From the NCBI GenBank assembly GCA_027053075.1, contig JALUEE010000018.1, forward strand, positions 1-18,278: a stretch of 18,278 nucleotides of DNA, given 5' to 3'. Below the pieces are notes generated by a model, which saw nothing but the letters and a program-made list of their open reading frames with translations, searched no databases and was not told where the DNA came from. The number at the start of each line of letters is the position of its first letter. Position 1 is the first letter of the stretch. The position numbers and the translations under genes were made by a program. Of this stretch, positions 14,616 through 18,278 are shown piece after piece. The stretch comes from a candidate division WOR-3 bacterium. Its GTDB lineage: Bacteria; Hydrothermota; Hydrothermia; B15-G9; WFZT01.

Positions 14616-16144
14616 ATTTCCCTCAAAAGTTTCTTCGCCATGTAAAGTGCATAGCCAGGTGTGGCAAGTTTCCACTTCCCGATTAATGATAACTCGCCAG
14701 CCCTGATTAGAACATAGAGGGTTTCGCCGGCCTTAAAGTATGCTTCATCAACCCCGGCTTTGAAATACTCTTTCAGTTCATCCACATCCCTTTCTGAAGT
14801 AGTAGAGACAACTTCATCTCCTTTTAAAACCACCACAGACGAGAGTCCAGCAATTCCTGATGAAAGGTCCAGTAGTTTGTTTTGAAGGGCCTCATCAATA
14901 TTCAGTGTCACAGCTTTTTCCTCTTCAGACTCTTGAATTTCAGGGGCCGGTATTGATTCTTCAGGTATCTTTACGGGCTCCTCCATTGTCGGAGGCTCTA
15001 CCTTATGTTCTTCAACTGTCTCAAACGGCTCAGGCTCTTCCCTTTTCTCCTCTGGAAACTCTCCAATCTCTTCTAATCCGGGGATTTCTTCCTTTTCCTC
15101 CTGAGGTTTTTCCTCAGGTTTCTCCTCCTCAAAGGTGATTTCTTCCGGAAATTCGAAGTCTGATGGGAGCTCTGGCTCTTCAAGGTTGAGACTTTCTGGT
15201 TGACCTTCTTCCTTTTCCTCTGTCTTGAAGATATCCTCATCACTCAATAGAGACGATAGGTCTTCCTCAACAGGTTCCGTAGGCTCTTCAGGCTTTACTT
15301 CTTCCTCACCGGCAAGTTCTTTTCCAATATCTTCAAGATCACCAAGGTCCCAGGTTTCACCTGCTTCTTCCTTCTCCTCCTCAAAGGATGGGAATTCGTC
15401 AAGTGAAAATTCCTCCGGCTCTGCAGGTGTTAAATCTTCGATGTCTTTTTCAAGTTCTTTTGAAAGGTCTTCAAAATCTTTGGGTTTTTGCTCTTCTTCC
15501 TCTTTACCTTCAGCAAATGTCTTCCCAAGAAAAGCCTCTATACTCTGTGTTACGTTACGTTCAACCTCTTCCGGAATATCCCATGAAATCTCGTAAGCTA
15601 TGGTTTCAAGATTGACAAGGTTTGAAAGTGCCTCATCTCCCGTATCTATCCCTAATTTGCAGGATACAGGCTCCCCATCTTTTACGATTATCTCACCCTC
15701 GCTCTCATCTGTAAAAATCCTTATAAAAGCGGAACGTCTCTCAAAATTGAGAAGCCACAGTACGTCTTTGATGGTCATCTCGCCAACAGGACTTTTATCG
15801 TCTATGGCTTCGATAATTTTCGTGACAATTAAATCAGGCGATAAGGAATCAGGCACAAAAATGTAAAAATTCTCATCTGGAGGTGTTGGATTTATATTTT
15901 CTGGATGAAGATAAACGAGCTTTGCAAGTAGATTAACTTCTCTAAGCTTGAAGACAAGTTTCAGCGGATTAAACCTTTTTATCCCATATGTAAGCAGCAT
16001 TACATCCGGATTTTCGGATGTAATGAATTTTAATCCCTCATCCTCCTCTCCTGCAGTAAATGCTTTAAAACCCAATTTTTCAAACTCATTGGAAATTGAC
16101 TCCAGGAAAGGCTCATTCTCACCGATTAATAGTATTTTTTCCAT
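14606..16144 (-). CDS. Pseudo-receiver + DUF4388 (PatA-N-like) + acidic low-complexity linker + roadblock/MglB-like C-terminal domain protein
   Basis: N-terminal REC-like pattern (KILLIGEN...NPDVMLLT); DUF4388-like IKDVLWLLNFERRSAFIRI...GEIIVKDGEPV...GDEAL; about 200 aa rich in E/D/P; C-terminal LLDLSSGIAGLSSVVVLKGD...GYALYMAKKL. SD AGGAGG; ATG 16147 is the alternative start. Confidence 0.7.
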   Translation of the reverse strand: MEKILLIGENEPFLESISNEFEKLGFKAFTAGEEDEGLKFITSENPDVMLLTYGIKRFNPLKLVFKLREVNLLAKLVYLHPENINPTPPDENFYIFVPDSLSPDLIVTKIIEAIDDKSPVGEMTIKDVLWLLNFERRSAFIRIFTDESEGEIIVKDGEPVSCKLGIDTGDEALSNLVNLETIAYEISWDIPEEVERNVTQSIEAFLGKTFAEGKEEEEQKPKDFEDLSKELEKDIEDLTPAEPEEFSLDEFPSFEEEKEEAGETWDLGDLEDIGKELAGEEEVKPEEPTEPVEEDLSSLLSDEDIFKTEEKEEGQPESLNLEEPELPSDFEFPEEITFEEEKPEEKPQEEKEEIPGLEEIGEFPEEKREEPEPFETVEEHKVEPPTMEEPVKIPEESIPAPEIQESEEEKAVTLNIDEALQNKLLDLSSGIAGLSSVVVLKGDEVVSTTSERDVDELKEYFKAGVDEAYFKAGETLYVLIRAGELSLIGKWKLATPGYALYMAKKLLREIQS

Positions 16145-16163
16145 CATTTACCTCCTGCCTTTT

Positions 16164-16192
16164 ATTAAACATCAACCCCCTATAAAAGTCAA
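16164..16192 (-). promoter_or_regulatory. Sigma70-type promoter for the pseudo-receiver gene
   Basis: Minus strand TTGACT (16192-16187), 17-nt spacer, TTTAAT (16169-16164), followed by SD AGGAGG. Confidence 0.55.
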
Positions 16193-16234
16193 GAAATTAG
16201 GCCAAAATTGAGATAAATCAAAAACTTTCCCCTA

Positions 16235-18028
16235 TCACACGTTTCTCTCCACCCGCTTTACCATCTCTTTGTCATAAGTGCTCATTACATCGTGGCGGGT
16301 AAGTATGCCAATACACTTTTTGCCATCCTCCGAAACGACAGGCAGTGCATCCACACCCTCCTTGATAAAAATGCTCAATGCCTTCTGCAGGCTGTCTTCT
16401 GGTGTGAGATACGGAATATTATCCCTTACAACATCGCCCACAATTAAAATATCTTTTAGATTTTCAAGCTCTCCTCCGAAGACAACCGACCTCAGATCAT
16501 CGGTATAGAGTACCCCCTTGAGATCACCCTCTTTTGAGACCACAGGGAAACAGGCGATCTTTCTGATAGCGGCCTTCTTCAGCGCATCTTTGACCTTCAT
16601 ATCCTCAGGAATTTCTACAACATTTTTCTGCGGCGATGACAATGCATCTTTGACCTTGATATCCTCCAGGATATCCACAATAAACTCTCCTCTGTGTGCC
16701 GGTGAGTCGAAGCGAGTCTGAACCTGCTCGTGATAAATGGTCCAGTCACCTGAAATCAGAAATGCAAGGGATGCAGCAAGTGTAATTGGAACAAGAAGGT
16801 CATAATTTCCGGTCATCTCTGCCACCATCACAATCGTGGCAATGGGCACCTTGGCGGCCGCAGCAAAAAAGGCCCCCATCCCAACCAGAATAAACGGAGA
16901 AATGTCAGTTATTCTCGGGTCTATATGGACAAATAGCTTACCGATCATTCCTGCAAACATACCGCCTATAACGAGGGACGGAGCAAAGACGCCACCTGAG
17001 CCACCAGAGCCTATGGTCAAGGATGTGGCGATGATTTTTCCCAGTGATATAAAGAGCATCATCCAGATGCCGATTTTCCCTACCATCGCAAGCTGAAGCC
17101 ATCCATAGCTTGTCCCTGCAACATGCGGTAGGAAAATGAGAATAATCCCCACAAGTGCAGCCCCAATCATTGGTTTAAATATCGCTGGAATGCGTAGCTT
17201 TTCGAACTTTTCCTCAGTGAAGTAAAAGGTTTTCACATATAGATAAGCCACAGGAACCACAGCCACACCAATTATGGCAAAGTATATGAGGTCCATAACG
17301 TTAAACCTGTATTTTGGCGTAATGAAAATGGGCTTCCAGGTGGCAAAAAATCCGAAGACTGCATAAGCCACGATTGCTGAAATAATGGATGGGATTACCG
17401 CTTCGGTCTCAACATCAGCGCCCTTGTACAGCACCTCAACTGAGAAAAGCGCTCCTCCCAGAGGGGCACGGAAAATAGAGCCAATACCTCCACCAACACC
17501 AGCTATGAGCAGTATTCTCCTGTCCCTGTCACTGAGCTTCAATTTTGTCGCCAGATACGAGCCAAATCCTGAACCAATCTGTGCAATAGGCCCCTCACGG
17601 CCGGCAGACCCTCCGGTTCCAATCGTAATTGCTGAAGCTATGGTTTTAATAACGGGTACAATGGGTCTCACATATCCTCTATATCTGTGAAACGCTTTAA
17701 TCACGGCGTCTGTTCCATGACCAGCCGCCTCCGGTGCAAAATTAAAGATCAATAAACCAGCAATAAGCCCACCAATGGTGACAGAGACCAACAGCAAGAA
17801 TGGGTCCCCCATAACAATTCTGATAGTTTCCCTGCCCGCTTCACCAAAGGGAATGGGGAATTTGTAGTGGGCAAATCTCTCAATGGCAAATTCCTGAGTA
17901 ATTTTTATTGCCCATGTAAAAACGGCAGAGCCGAAACCAGCAACTATCCCGACGAGTACCGCAAGAACAAACCACTTGGTTACATGCGAAATCTTATAGT
18001 CTCTCTTTATCTTTTTTACATCCAGCAT
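16235..18028 (-). CDS. ClC family chloride channel or Cl-/H+ antiporter with C-terminal CBS pair
   Basis: GSAGREGP, FRAPLGGALFSVE, GGSGGVFAP and VAEMTGNY motifs, plus two CBS domains (FPVV...GVL; LPVV...GILTRHDV). Confidence 0.93.
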   Translation of the reverse strand: MLDVKKIKRDYKISHVTKWFVLAVLVGIVAGFGSAVFTWAIKITQEFAIERFAHYKFPIPFGEAGRETIRIVMGDPFLLLVSVTIGGLIAGLLIFNFAPEAAGHGTDAVIKAFHRYRGYVRPIVPVIKTIASAITIGTGGSAGREGPIAQIGSGFGSYLATKLKLSDRDRRILLIAGVGGGIGSIFRAPLGGALFSVEVLYKGADVETEAVIPSIISAIVAYAVFGFFATWKPIFITPKYRFNVMDLIYFAIIGVAVVPVAYLYVKTFYFTEEKFEKLRIPAIFKPMIGAALVGIILIFLPHVAGTSYGWLQLAMVGKIGIWMMLFISLGKIIATSLTIGSGGSGGVFAPSLVIGGMFAGMIGKLFVHIDPRITDISPFILVGMGAFFAAAAKVPIATIVMVAEMTGNYDLLVPITLAASLAFLISGDWTIYHEQVQTRFDSPAHRGEFIVDILEDIKVKDALSSPQKNVVEIPEDMKVKDALKKAAIRKIACFPVVSKEGDLKGVLYTDDLRSVVFGGELENLKDILIVGDVVRDNIPYLTPEDSLQKALSIFIKEGVDALPVVSEDGKKCIGILTRHDVMSTYDKEMVKRVERNV

Positions 18029-18046
18029 GAGCTTTTACTCCCGTTT

Positions 18047-18277
18047 TTAAATTTCTTCCATTATTTTGATGCTCGAAGAGGCCCCTATTCTTTCGGCACC
18101 AAGCGCATGAAAAGCGCAAACTGTGTAATAGTTCCTAATTCCCCCGGCAGCTTTCACTTTTATTTTTCCATCTGCCACAACGCTCAAAAGAGATACATCA
18201 AAGGCCGTGGCACCTGATGGACCAAATCCAGTAGAAGTTTTAACGAAATCTGCACCGGCATCCATAACAAGCCTGGT
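18047..18277 (-). CDS. deoC: Deoxyribose-phosphate aldolase, C-terminal fragment (gene starts beyond the window)
   Basis: GADFVKTSTGF (Schiff-base Lys), VKAAGGIR and GAERIGASS; the frame is open to the window edge. Confidence 0.93.
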   Translation of the reverse strand, partial: TRLVMDAGADFVKTSTGFGPSGATAFDVSLLSVVADGKIKVKAAGGIRNYYTVCAFHALGAERIGASSSIKIMEEI

Positions 18278-18278
18278 G

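Noticed and set aside
553..18217. Numerous short antisense or alternate-frame ORFs (e.g. 2464-3024, 8807-9238, 9992-10366, 10828-11298, 15225-15596, 17867-18217)
   Set aside because: They overlap well-supported genes or the tRNA, have shadow-like composition and show no family motifs.

Overview
Mostly housekeeping DNA from a diderm bacterium (lptF/G), probably anaerobic (ferredoxin-dependent oxidoreductase). Plus strand: gcvPA 3' end, a stand-alone aspartokinase-beta-like ACT protein, 2-oxoacid:ferredoxin oxidoreductase alpha, a short GlmU, gatC, a polyprenol-phosphate mannosyltransferase and an NAD-dependent epimerase. Then a 575-bp repeat-rich intergenic region, DUF2905, lptF/G, era, a PAP2-like membrane protein, a SucD-like CoA ligase subunit plus citryl-CoA lyase, tRNA-Leu(CAA), glmS, yicC, gmk and ispG. 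Minus strand: deoC 3' end, a ClC-CBS transporter and a pseudo-receiver/DUF4388/acidic-linker/roadblock-like protein. No CRISPR array, transposase or prophage gene is visible. Best leads: (i) two tandem MITE-like units at 4901-5389, separated by related 9-bp direct repeats and carrying REP-like G/C hairpins; (ii) a split ATP-citrate-lyase-like gene pair lacking its large subunit in this window; (iii) the possible polarity-scaffold protein; (iv) the free-standing ACT-ACT gene; (v) GlmU lacking most of its acetyltransferase domain. All family assignments come from motif recognition by eye, not database searches.
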